The position numbers were made by a program, and so were the translations under genes. A DNA stretch of 64,000 nucleotides, taken from Pocillopora damicornis (Eukaryota). A model generated the notes under the pieces. The model saw only the letters and a list, made by a program, of their open reading frames with translations. It was not told where the DNA came from and searched no databases. Below, piece after piece: positions 13,630 through 23,681 of this stretch. The stretch covers positions 1 to 64,000 of the forward strand of contig NW_020845425.1 in assembly GCF_003704095.1 (NCBI RefSeq), given 5' to 3'. Each line of letters begins with the position of its first letter. The first letter of the stretch is position 1.

Positions 13630-15125
13630 CAACGCCAACACGAATTCTTTAATCTCACGTTAGCTTGTGCTCTATGTAACCGTCTCTCAACGTTTTTGCA
13701 TGTTTTGACACAGGAAGCGGAGAGCGGGCAATTGAAGAAAGCTAAATTTCCAATTGACACGCGTTTGAGCAAACACATTGGGATACCATAGCCCTTTACA
13801 TAACTCTTCTCGCAAATACATATCACTAATATATTGTGGATGGCCGACGTGTGAGATATGAACCTCGTTGCTTAAACTATAACATAACTGCCATATTAAC
13901 CCTTTCATTACGCTCGATTTCCGCCGTTATCTTGAGTGCGGACTGCGATCAGGTGTATAAGCGCATTCCTCGGACAAGGGCCGTTTATCGATTCTATCCC
14001 TATCACTCTCTGAAGCTGAGCACAAATTTTTTTCCCAGGGTCCTTTCTCTTATTCCCTCGACAGAGAGGACCCTGAGAAAGAGATTAGAGTGAGAATTTG
14101 ATGATCAAATTATACACTATACTTTTTATCAGTTTACATCACCTATAAACCACGCAGGATATTCATGGAACATGACAAAAGTTTTCACAAGCATTTGAAA
14201 TGTTCCTCCAACATCCAAGATACTTAATTCTGCCGGCAAGCCGATTGACGGTACAGTCTATTACCTTTGTAAAGTAACTACAAAATATTTCAGTTTTCCA
14301 TGGGTTCTCCAATAAATGATAGGTTTTTGACCAATCAGGGCCGGCGTTATAACATGGTCATTGGATAAATTCTACTTACTTACGATTTTAAGATTTGGCA
14401 AGCAGACAAGTTTTTTAGAATTCAGAAAATTATCAGCCAAGAGATATTACGTAGATGCAACACTAAATTCTCAATCCAATCCAAAAGAGAAATGTTAGTC
14501 AATGGTACAGAGAAGTCCCTTTCCGATCATAGAGTAAGACGATTGAGAATAAGTGTGAGATCAGACTTCTTTTGGGGGGGGNNNNNNNNNNTGAAAGTTT
14601 ACTTGTGGTTTGGTCCGCTTTTTTTTCTGTCTAGACTGCTAGCATTGTGCGTTTTCCCCTCAGTGTAAGGCGAGACCTTCAGGCAGGAAGAAATTTCATA
14701 GCTCAATAGCCTGCGTTTGTTGTCCTTACACGCTAACAGGGATCGTACAAGAAAAGCGAAGAAACAAAGTGATCTCCTTTGTATGCAAAGGACGAACCTT
14801 TCGCTAATATAATTTTCACTTCGAGAAAAATACACCCATATCCGATATGGTGAAAGGGGTTTTTCTTACCTCTAGAAAAAAGTAATCTCTTATCTAACAA
14901 GAAAATAGTGCAGACCCTTCGATTGAGCGGACGGGAAAAAAAGGAAAAAGAGGTGCTTTGAGCTCAGGAAAACCTTATTGACCAGTCTGCGAGCGGTTTT
15001 AGTTTTCGATGTGATTTGTCAGAAACGGGGCGAGAGTTCCCGTGACTGGCACGAGAACTCTCGAACGGGCAATGCAGAAGCGAGTCTCTCCCCAGTCTAT
15101 CTCGGTAGAATAACAGTCTTACCCT

Positions 15126-15133
15126 TATATAAA
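15126..15133 (+). promoter_or_regulatory. Candidate TATA box of MED30
   Basis: TATATAAA 60 nt upstream of the ATG, which lies in a CAACATGGCG context. Confidence 0.35.
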
Positions 15134-15185
15134 GTAAATACCAACCAAGCAGAAGAGACGCTGACCATATTCTTCGCAAACCAAC

Positions 15186-15851
15186 ATGGCGTCCAAACGA
15201 GTATTGCCAGTTGGGTTGCAATCGGCTCTTCCTGTAGGCCTTTCAGCAGCGATGAGGGAAGATAAAAAAAATGTCAGACCAACAAATGTTCAACAGTTAA
15301 ACGAGATTTCCATAACTGCACAAGGATTACAAACGGTTGAAGAAATTGTTAGCAAAGCGACCTATTTGTTTCGATGTTTGCAAGAAAAGAACATGGTTGT
15401 GGACGACAAGTCTAAACAAGAAGCGCGGAATAACAACAAAAAAGTACAAGATACGTTGAATAGTTTGAAGGAGCTGTTCTCTCGCCTGAGGGTTTTCTAC
15501 GATGAGAGTAACAGAAGGATAGAAATCCCTAATGGGGAAGATTTGGAGGCGAGTTGTTTTTGTGTTGTTGATGTTGTTGCTTTGTTCTGGTAGTTCTCTT
15601 TCGCTATTTACTAATGTTGGCTTTTTGTTTGAAAAAAAGACTGCAATTATTAATAAGTCCGATGGCTGCTTGTAATGCAGGATTTCATACTCCCAGTGTT
15701 GTTACTGATCAAGTTTAAAAGAAGAGATAGAGCTTTCTCAATTCTGTCTTTGTATTCAATGATATGAGGTAACTGGTTGTCCTGCTACTTCCCCTATCTC
15801 CTTGATAAAATGATGTTCCATTCTTTGTCAGTTGGCTTGTTATTATTTAAA

Positions 15852-15896
<45 letters not shown>

Positions 15897-17213
15897 TATA
15901 GCAGATAATTTAGTGTTAACAACTGGGTTGAAAACGTAAATTAGCCACCGTAAAGGGTAAAAAAGCTGACGTTTCGAGCGTTAGCCCTTCGTCAATCGCT
16001 CTGACGAAGGGCTAACGCTCGAAACGTCAGCTTTTTTACCCTTTACGGTGGCTAATTTACGTTTTCAACCCAGTTGTTAACACTAAATTACTTGTTATTA
16101 TTTACACCACTGGGTGTGCGATTGATGGTAAACTTAGTATGATATAATATCAATTTACTTTACTTTATATTAATTACTTTACTTTTACTTAATATGATGT
16201 GAATATGCACAAGGGCAGTAAAAAATTCTCAACTCTCTCATTTAAAAGTGCATGGCATAATGATTTTTCCTCTAGGCTCTGATTCCCTTGAGAACTTCGG
16301 AGGAAGATTCTGACATGGAAACATCCAATGATTCAACGGCACTTGGAATTGAGCATGATACCCTTCAAGAGGTAATTTCATCTTTTGAACCCTAGGAGTG
16401 ACTTATCATCAGCATTCTATTTCTATTTTCAATATTGCTCCTAAATCAAACATTAAGGTCACGTGACTAAAGGAAATGATGACCACCTAAAGAAGCTCTT
16501 GATTGAAGATGAAAGTGATCTTTGCAGTAATGAACACTATTTAAGTGGAGGTGAAAATAAAGCCAGAAAAAAACTGAGGCCTGTACGGGAGTTGAACGCA
16601 TGACCCCTGCAATATGAAAGCATGAAAAATGGAAAAATGAGTCCAATAGATCTCAAGTGAGAACCAATCAGAATGTGTGCATAACTGAGCTTATTATATA
16701 ATAGCTGATACACCTTAAACATGCAGCCTGTGTTTTGACAGGGGTGGGTTTTTGTGTTTTATGGTTTCAAGTAGGCAGACCTGCTAAGCACAGAGACATA
16801 AGTTTACTGGGTATACAGATTTATGTAAAACAGCAGCATCCACCTACAAAATTAATGAAAACTTCTCTCTCCCAGTTTTTTTGAGTGGCACTGATAGTTT
16901 TTTTCCAACTAGAAACAATAAGTTGGGAGAGAGAAACCAGGCTCATTGCATAACATTTATTGGCCAATCACAATATTTATCCAAAGAAACACAGTTGTGG
17001 GAAAAGTGTCATCGTCCTTAACATAGCTTTACTGGTTATTGGTATTATTTGGAATGTTGACATACAGTGTAATAATTGCACTCACAGATTTTGGTATTGA
17101 TTCTTCTTCAACAGAAACTGAGAAGCAAGAACCAGGAAATAAAAGAACTTATAGATAAGCTGAGAACTTTGATATGGGATATCAACACCATGATGGCTTT
17201 AAAACCAAGCTAA
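15186..17213 (+). CDS. MED30: Mediator subunit 30, 3 exons, 185 aa
   Basis: Exons 15186-15548 (GC donor), 16276-16371 and 17115-17213. Motifs GLQTVEEIVSK..LFRCL, LFSRLRVFYD, EALIP and KLRSKNQEIKELIDKLRTLIWDINTMM match MED30. Confidence 0.93.
15850..16090. mobile_element. Foldback insert of a Penelope-type terminal repeat, with hammerhead and 14-bp TSD
   Basis: Perfect 89-bp inverted repeat 15906-15994 / 16002-16090 with a 7-nt loop; 56-nt one-sided extension 15850-15905; flanked by CTTGTTATTATTTA at 15836-15849 and 16091-16104. Confidence 0.9.
15998..16031 (+). ncRNA. Minimal type I hammerhead ribozyme motif
   Basis: GCT-CTGACGA-A-GGGC-TAAC-GCTC-GAAACGTC-AGC: intact core, 4-bp stem II, 3-bp stem I, loopless palindromic helix III. 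Confidence 0.8.
16509..16614 (-). mobile_element. Fragment of the tRNA-like repeat family seen at 41789-42143
   Basis: Reverse complement of the 3' half of the tRNA-like segment plus downstream sequence (ATGAAAGTGATC..TGCAGTAATGAACACTA..AGGCCTGTACGGGA.TTGAAC.CATGACC). Confidence 0.75.
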
Positions 17214-17267
17214 AATATCAGTTGTGCCTTATTTGTACAAAGAAATAGCAGCCAATGTCCAACCAAA

Positions 17268-17473
17268 CCCTTTCCTTCCCCAAGATACTGATTTTTAATT
17301 CTCATCAATGTCTGCCATACATTTATGAAAATCTTACTTTTGCGAATATGGTGTTTATTCAAGCACTATCCCTTTAGTTGATATTTTTCAATCTTCTCAC
17401 CACCTGACTGCTTGCCAGTCCACCAATATTATAAGGAGAAATGTATTTTAGGTCATTCAAAGAGTGAAAGGGG
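17268..17473. mobile_element. Degenerate TTAA/CCCT MITE copy
   Basis: CCCTTTCCTTCCCCAAGAT...GAGTGAAAGGG ends; internal layout resembles 20551-20754. Confidence 0.55.
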
Positions 17474-17922
17474 TTACCTATGCACTTTCAGACTTCTAAG
17501 GGAAACTTGAACATATCATTACCTGCAAGGAGCATTTGAATTTGAAAATAAATGGAAACCTTTAGGCAGGGTTTGCAATGAGAAATGTAACAGTTAAAGA
17601 ATAGTGTAAAGTAACTGGAAAAAATCCACCATATTGGACTAAAACAACAATCAAGCCATTAACTTTGCATTAAAGAATTGTTCTTTGGAGTATGATATGT
17701 AGACATGTACTTCTTTATGAAACATGTTACCTTTCTGGGTATAACTCTGCCATGATAAAAACATGAATTGTATCCAGTTGTGGTTTTCATGACGTTTTAA
17801 ACTCTGGAAGTGTGTGACTTCTTTCAAGTCTATTTAAGTCACCTCCAAGTATAGGTCGATAAACATATCAAGGGATTCAAATCCAGTGAAATTGTCTTCA
17901 GAAACAAGTGTATTTGTTTTAA

Positions 17923-18108
17923 CTCTATAACTCCCAAGATCTGATCAGTAATTCTCCCTTGTTGCTTCCATACTTTTCCTTTGAAAGTGAGTTAAGAATT
18001 TGGAGGTAGATCAAGTTATTACCCTCTAGTTGATAAGTTTCTCTTTTTCTCGTCACCATAAGGTTTTAGGGAGAATTTAAAAGTTCAACACCTCTAGAAG
18101 TTATAGTT
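17923..18108. mobile_element. TTAA/CCCT MITE copy
   Basis: TTAA-CTCTATAACTCCCAAGATCTGATCAGTAATTCTCCC...GAAGTTATAGTT-TTAA. Confidence 0.65.
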
Positions 18109-18586
18109 TTAACGTCAGTTGAAGCTAACTATTTGAAGATTGATGTCACATTCAGTGCAACTTGAGGGAAATTAGATTAATTTTTGTTTTCTGTCTGCAA
18201 TTGTTAATGTGGTAAATTCACCACTCTTCCCCATCCCCTCCATCTGGGTTTCTCATAAATATTGCCCCTCTTGTGGTTTTCTATCTTGCAAGACAAACTT
18301 TACATCTGCGTCAGTCTTGTCCATCCTTATTACTTCTTGGATTATTTTTGTCCCTTTTTTATTTTCCTGTCTTACCAAACTAATATTTATGGTCTCCTTT
18401 AAGCTGAAATTAGTCTTTTCACAGCACGATTGGAATTTGCAATTCGCGTTAATATTAACCACCTTGGCTCATATTTGATTTATTCTTATCCAACGCTTTT
18501 TATCTAACTCCGCAATCGACTATTTCAATCGTTAATTCTACTGAAACGCTTTTCATCTTGACGCTCAAAACGGTGAAATAGCCTCC

Positions 18587-19477
18587 TTAAAGTTTCTCCT
18601 CTTGCACAAATGTCAATGACCTACTAGAAACCTCAGTCACAGTGAATTTTTTGCCCTGTCTCTTCATTTTATGCGATTCAATGATGATATCATGTCGTCT
18701 GTCTTCGTAATCCAGAATTGCTAAAATGGCCCTCATCTGCTCATCTGCGTGGAAGTCGATCATATAGTAGAAGAAAGCATCTCGTAGAAATTTCAATTTA
18801 AGCTGCGTCTGCATTTCTCTCTGAGTCTGTTTGTGATTCTTAGGTGATGCACTTCCGTTCGGTAACTGTGGCATCGTGGCCAAAATTTTTTGCTCGCTGC
18901 CCAGTAATTGGTTGTTTACCTTAAAATCTGCTAAATGCTGTTCAGTTTCTTTCAATTTACGCTGCAGCTCAACTAACTCGTGCATAGAAGAACAGCAAGG
19001 TACAATCTCCTCTGGATCGCTGCTTTGCTGCGGATTTTCAAATTCTCGCAGCTTCTCTTTTAGTTCTTTGATTTCCTCTGTTAATTTTGATTTCTCGTTT
19101 TCGTCCTTACGGCGTTTCTCCTCCTTCGATTCGCTCTCTCGTTCAAGCTTTTTTCTCACCTGTTGCTCTCTGTGAAGATCTTTGCGTGCTTTTTCTAATT
19201 CTTGACGTAAAGTAGCGCTCTCTTTGTCTCGTACTAATAGAAGCCTTCTCGTGTCCGTCAACGCTCGCTCCAGCTCACAGATGGTAGCTCTTAATAATGA
19301 ATTCGACGTTACAGATGCGGTGTCTGAGAGATCTTTCTCTGAAGTTAATACTCTATCATCCACTTCTTCTTTTTCTCCATCAGAATCATCATCCAAGAAA
19401 TTGATCTCAAAATCATTCAAACTATTGACGGCATTGTTACCTTTCTTTTTCTCGGCTTGAACTGTAGAATTCTCCAT
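18587..19477 (-). CDS. Single-exon coiled-coil protein (296 aa) with C-terminal GRIP-like domain
   Basis: Uninterrupted ORF from ATG 19477: acidic N-terminus, long heptad regions, then LKFLRDAFFYYMID-FHADEQMRAILAILDYEDRRHDII, which aligns by eye with GRIP domains. Confidence 0.8.
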   Translation of the reverse strand: MENSTVQAEKKKGNNAVNSLNDFEINFLDDDSDGEKEEVDDRVLTSEKDLSDTASVTSNSLLRATICELERALTDTRRLLLVRDKESATLRQELEKARKDLHREQQVRKKLERESESKEEKRRKDENEKSKLTEEIKELKEKLREFENPQQSSDPEEIVPCCSSMHELVELQRKLKETEQHLADFKVNNQLLGSEQKILATMPQLPNGSASPKNHKQTQREMQTQLKLKFLRDAFFYYMIDFHADEQMRAILAILDYEDRRHDIIIESHKMKRQGKKFTVTEVSSRSLTFVQEEKL

Positions 19478-20550
19478 GAAAGACTTGTGCAAAAGCTATT
19501 GTGAGGAAAAATGATAATATGGTTAACCTTAGCACGTGCCAGTCGAGTGGTTGATGTGTTTTGAGGTGGAACAAAGAGCAGTTTAAGAGACCTGTAAAAC
19601 CACACGCGGCTCCTTGAACCGGAAGTACCTGTTCTAAAGTGGGATTTGTTATAAAGGACACCTGCCCATAGAACACTTCATACAACGGGTGGTTGAGTGC
19701 TACTTGAGCGCGCGCGCAGAGGAATATCCAATGCGTGTCGGAAGTAATTTGAGACCTCTCTCATCCGTAGAGGCTTTATTGCAGATGTCCGCTGAACGCA
19801 ATGACTTCTCGTGCGTTTTGCAGCAACAACAGTACAGTGGGTATCTACCAGAAGAGAGAGATCCGGGATTTACTTTTTTGTTTTTTAACTGAGAAAATTC
19901 ATACCATTCATCTAACCAATCAGATAATCAGATGCAAGGCTAGATCCAATCCCCACTTGATTAGTCTAGTTTTCCCGTCCCCCTCGAGGTCGTTTACATT
20001 TCTACATTTTAATTCCTTATTTGTTTTCTTTTTGATAATTTTAGTGTCTGTGCGTGATTAGCCATTGAGTGATCTTGAATCTTCGTTGTCTGTTTTTTAG
20101 TCATTTCCGTTCAACTTCTTTTCGTTTCATTTTGTGAATTGGCAAACTTATTTTGATTTGTGGGAAGATTTTGTTCTTTTGCGCCTGGCTCGAGACGACC
20201 GAAATGCATGGTGGGAACTATTGTTTTGCGATTTTCCGTTGCAACAGGACATTGTCAAGTGAAAGAGCGGATGAGTTAACATTTGTTCTGTATTAACAAG
20301 AAGGTTAATTCGTCAGTAGATTTTAAAAGAGAGGTGAAAAAGTTAAAGATGTTGAAATATTTAGAACATTTAAAAGTCAAAGACAAAAAACCTATCATTT
20401 AGTTCTTTTTACTTTTATTAGAGGTTTTACAGGCCCGAGGTCTTTATGATAGGCCATCGTCATACATTTTAATCTGTTCTTTCCTACACATGAAGAGCAG
20501 TTTCAATTGAGTGTGGATCGTAATTCAGGATTGCACTGGTTTATACATAA

Positions 20551-20754
20551 CCCTTTAACTCCCAGTCGTGATTAACATGAAACTTCTCCCAATAATATCC
20601 ATACATTATCCAGCAAATAGGTAATGAGAATATTCAAACTCATCAGGTAGAAGCTGCTACCTTGATCTAGCTCCAAGTTCTCATAACTAATTTACAAGGA
20701 AATGTGCAGCAGTTAGAGGGGAGGATTAAAAATCAGATCTTGGGGGTTAAAGGG
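20551..20754. mobile_element. piggyBac-like MITE, full-length ~204-bp copy
   Basis: TIR CCCTTTAACTCCCA / TGGGGGTTAAAGGG (1 mismatch in 14), flanked by ATAA and TTAA. Confidence 0.8.
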
Positions 20755-23078
20755 TTAACTACGCTCTAATTAGTCTAGAAAACTTGCGCCGTTCTCCCAA
20801 CCAATGAGATGGAAAGTATGCATGAAGTAGTGAAGACTTCGCCACTCGCGTCTTTTCGGCGCCTCAGGCAGTTCGAGCATGACTTTTTTCCCTAGTGTGC
20901 CATTTTCTCTTCATAAATTCAATCTTTGTTCTAAATAGCCGTTGTTATTACTCGGGTCTTGGTTTTACGACACTCAATTGAAGTGCGCTCTGGAAGCAAG
21001 TAGCTAAACTCAAAGCTCTTGAGCTCTCTTGCTATTTTAAGTGTGCAGTCTAATGAACTATGTGATCTGTGATGTCTATGATTTGATACACAACATGAAG
21101 GCCAATTTTCAATAACCTACATGTAAGGCCTTTGTCAAACTTAGATATTAACTCTTAAGATCTTGCATTCATTAAGTCGTCAGGAGATCTTACTATACTA
21201 ACTGCATTGTACCTCTCTACATAGCATATAATTACCTATTCCAATGTAAAAAGCTTTGCCACTTTAAGAAAGGCCTTTGTCGCGATGTTCAATGTTCTTT
21301 CAATCGACGTTTTTCTTTTGGTGAATATAAATGTATCTATCCTACCCCACGTAGCAGTCGCTTGGAGGAAACAAATATTTATACTTAAAAATATGATAAA
21401 AAGCGAACGAGTACCCAAGAGTGAAAAAAAAATAACATCGTTGGTTTCTCAGCCTCGCGCGACTTCCTCGCAAATCTATCTCGTTAATTTTCTTGCGCGT
21501 CTTTGTTTAGTAGGTATCGTTCAAACGCATGCCTAACCATGCAATTGCACTGCTTTCATTGCAAGCTAAGTAGAATTTATTCCAGTCCCATTTAAGTTGG
21601 CGACGGAATATGTTACTTGATTCTACACTTCGGTAGTATAATGGACTAAGTAGAAATATAACTTTTGAGACCTTGGTGAATATATGCATCTTAGATAATT
21701 CTATATACATTAATCAGCCTTCCATTTACTATGACTGCTGTCGTGTTGGAAGGAGAGAGGAGACTCTCTTACAAAAATGAAGGCCGGACGGCCCCATCAG
21801 TCACTATTTCTTATCAGGTTGAACCTTTCCCCTGCCCCTAACCCCAACCCTCCAATGATGCTAGACCTAACTACCCTTTTTCAGTGAGGACGGAAGATTT
21901 TTGTAATAAGAGCACAATGGATTTTTTTTTACAGGATCCAATCATATGATGTTCGTCCGTAGGTAAAAGTTGAGAAGACTTCCGACACACCTTGTTTTCG
22001 TTGCAGTGCTCTGTGTAGTTAAGTCTTACCTCATACGCCCCCAAAACATAACAGTTTAGGAAGAGAAATGAATGGTCGGTAACCTTGAGTTTATGAATGG
22101 CCGAAGCTTTCGATCCACACTCTCTGTATGCAGAGAGCTATTTAATGTAACAACCTAACACGGGTATAATCTGGTATTTGGGGACTTGATCCTCAATGCA
22201 AGTCACATCTTCCAATAAGATTACTCGTGAATTCCCTAGGGAGATATCTATGCTTAGAAAGCTATTCCTGACTGGAACTGCATAAAGTTGTAGTTAAGTC
22301 CCCTCGAAGGTGGACATCTCAACTTTTTATAACTACTTTTCGGTAATATACTTTTACGTAGTCACTAGCTTAGGGTTAAAATGTCAGTTTTTATCAAATT
22401 CTCATTCAACTCGAACTCACCATGATTGTTATTATTTTAGTCTTCCGTGTTTGCCAGAAATAACTTGTGTTTGTTTTTTTTCTATTAGACTATCTGACTT
22501 GATTGTCGGCCTCGTTACATAAAAGGTCTAAATATAAATAAACTTATTTAGTTTGTTTTTGAATATAACACCAGCTGATAATATAAACTTTTCGTGTGTT
22601 TTTCCTATCCGTGAGAAGTGATTAAATACTCATTCGATTAAATTTTCTCTCTCGGTGTCAAATTCACAGGTTACCCAATTTTACCAACAAGTCTATAGGA
22701 CTAGGAAGTCTATATCAACTAATAGAATTTGATAAAAACTTGTACTTCAATAATTCTCCTTTTTCGCCGCGGGTGGTGTTACTCGACCCCCCGCCAAAAG
22801 TACTTATTTGTGCCACCTTTTCCCGCCGAAAAAAAACAATCAGGCAGGTAACATTTTAGAAAAGAAACACGCGGCATAAAATTTAGCCTAACCGGGACGC
22901 ATCTTAAACGTTTAATTTTTATAGCAGCGTCATTGATCACAATCCCAATTTTTTTGCCCTCCAGAAATTGCCTTTGCGCTAGACCCGAATTCATTTTATA
23001 TATCATTATATCATTTACTGGCTATATGAATCATGTCATTCTTCGTATCCCAGTTTTCGTCCCTTCTTCGGTTTCAGT

Positions 23079-23681
23079 TTAGCTAATATTACAAGGGCTA
23101 TCCCGATGTGCGACACCAACCCTCACCTTACTTCGCTCCAAACTCTTGAAAGCTCGTTTGAGATTGCTGTACTTTTGTTCTGTTACTTGCAGTTTCTTTT
23201 TCAATTCAACCATTTCTTTCATGGCACCACACAGCGACCCGCAATAACAAGTCTGTCCCGAGACAGTTTCATCTTCAACTTGATCAGCATTCGTTAGCAT
23301 GTTCTCTCGCTCTGCTTTGTAAATGGCGATGTCTTGTTGAAGCTGTTGTATAACCTTTTCCAGATCGAGAACTCGTTTCTGAGAATTCTTTACTTCCTCT
23401 TCAAGGGCGGCGCTGACGTTTCCATCGCTATTTCGACGGCACGAATCAAGATCGTTTCGTAAACTGTTAATTTCGTTGTCCCGTTGGGCTAACAGCTTTG
23501 TAGACTCGCGTAACGCGGTTTCTAGTTGACTAATGGTTTCCCGTAAAAGTGTATCTGCTGCGGGAGTGTGCCCGCATTTGAAATCAAACTCCTCGAAGTT
23601 TTTTTCGGAAGATTCAAGTCCCTCGCCAACTTCCCGTTCGCCAATCGCAAGCCGTCCCTCCATAGTCTTTTGCTCAGTCAT
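23079..23681 (-). CDS. Single-exon coiled-coil protein (200 aa) ending in a CaaX box (CNIS); paralog of 18587-19477
   Basis: ORF from ATG 23681. Shares LLR.TI..LE.AL.....LL..RD.E...LR..L...R and C..M.E.VEL..KL..TEQ....K with the neighbouring gene. Ends KSLERSKVRVGVAHRDSPCNIS-stop. Confidence 0.8.
   Translation of the reverse strand: MTEQKTMEGRLAIGEREVGEGLESSEKNFEEFDFKCGHTPAADTLLRETISQLETALRESTKLLAQRDNEINSLRNDLDSCRRNSDGNVSAALEEEVKNSQKRVLDLEKVIQQLQQDIAIYKAERENMLTNADQVEDETVSGQTCYCGSLCGAMKEMVELKKKLQVTEQKYSNLKRAFKSLERSKVRVGVAHRDSPCNIS

Noticed and set aside
18253-18462. Small ORF downstream of the GRIP-like gene
   Set aside because: No ATG at its start, no splice support, no motif; probably 3' UTR.
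23440-23550. Resemblance of the shared coiled-coil block to the cGMP-dependent kinase leucine zipper
   Set aside because: Could be generic heptad similarity; no kinase or cyclic-nucleotide domain nearby.
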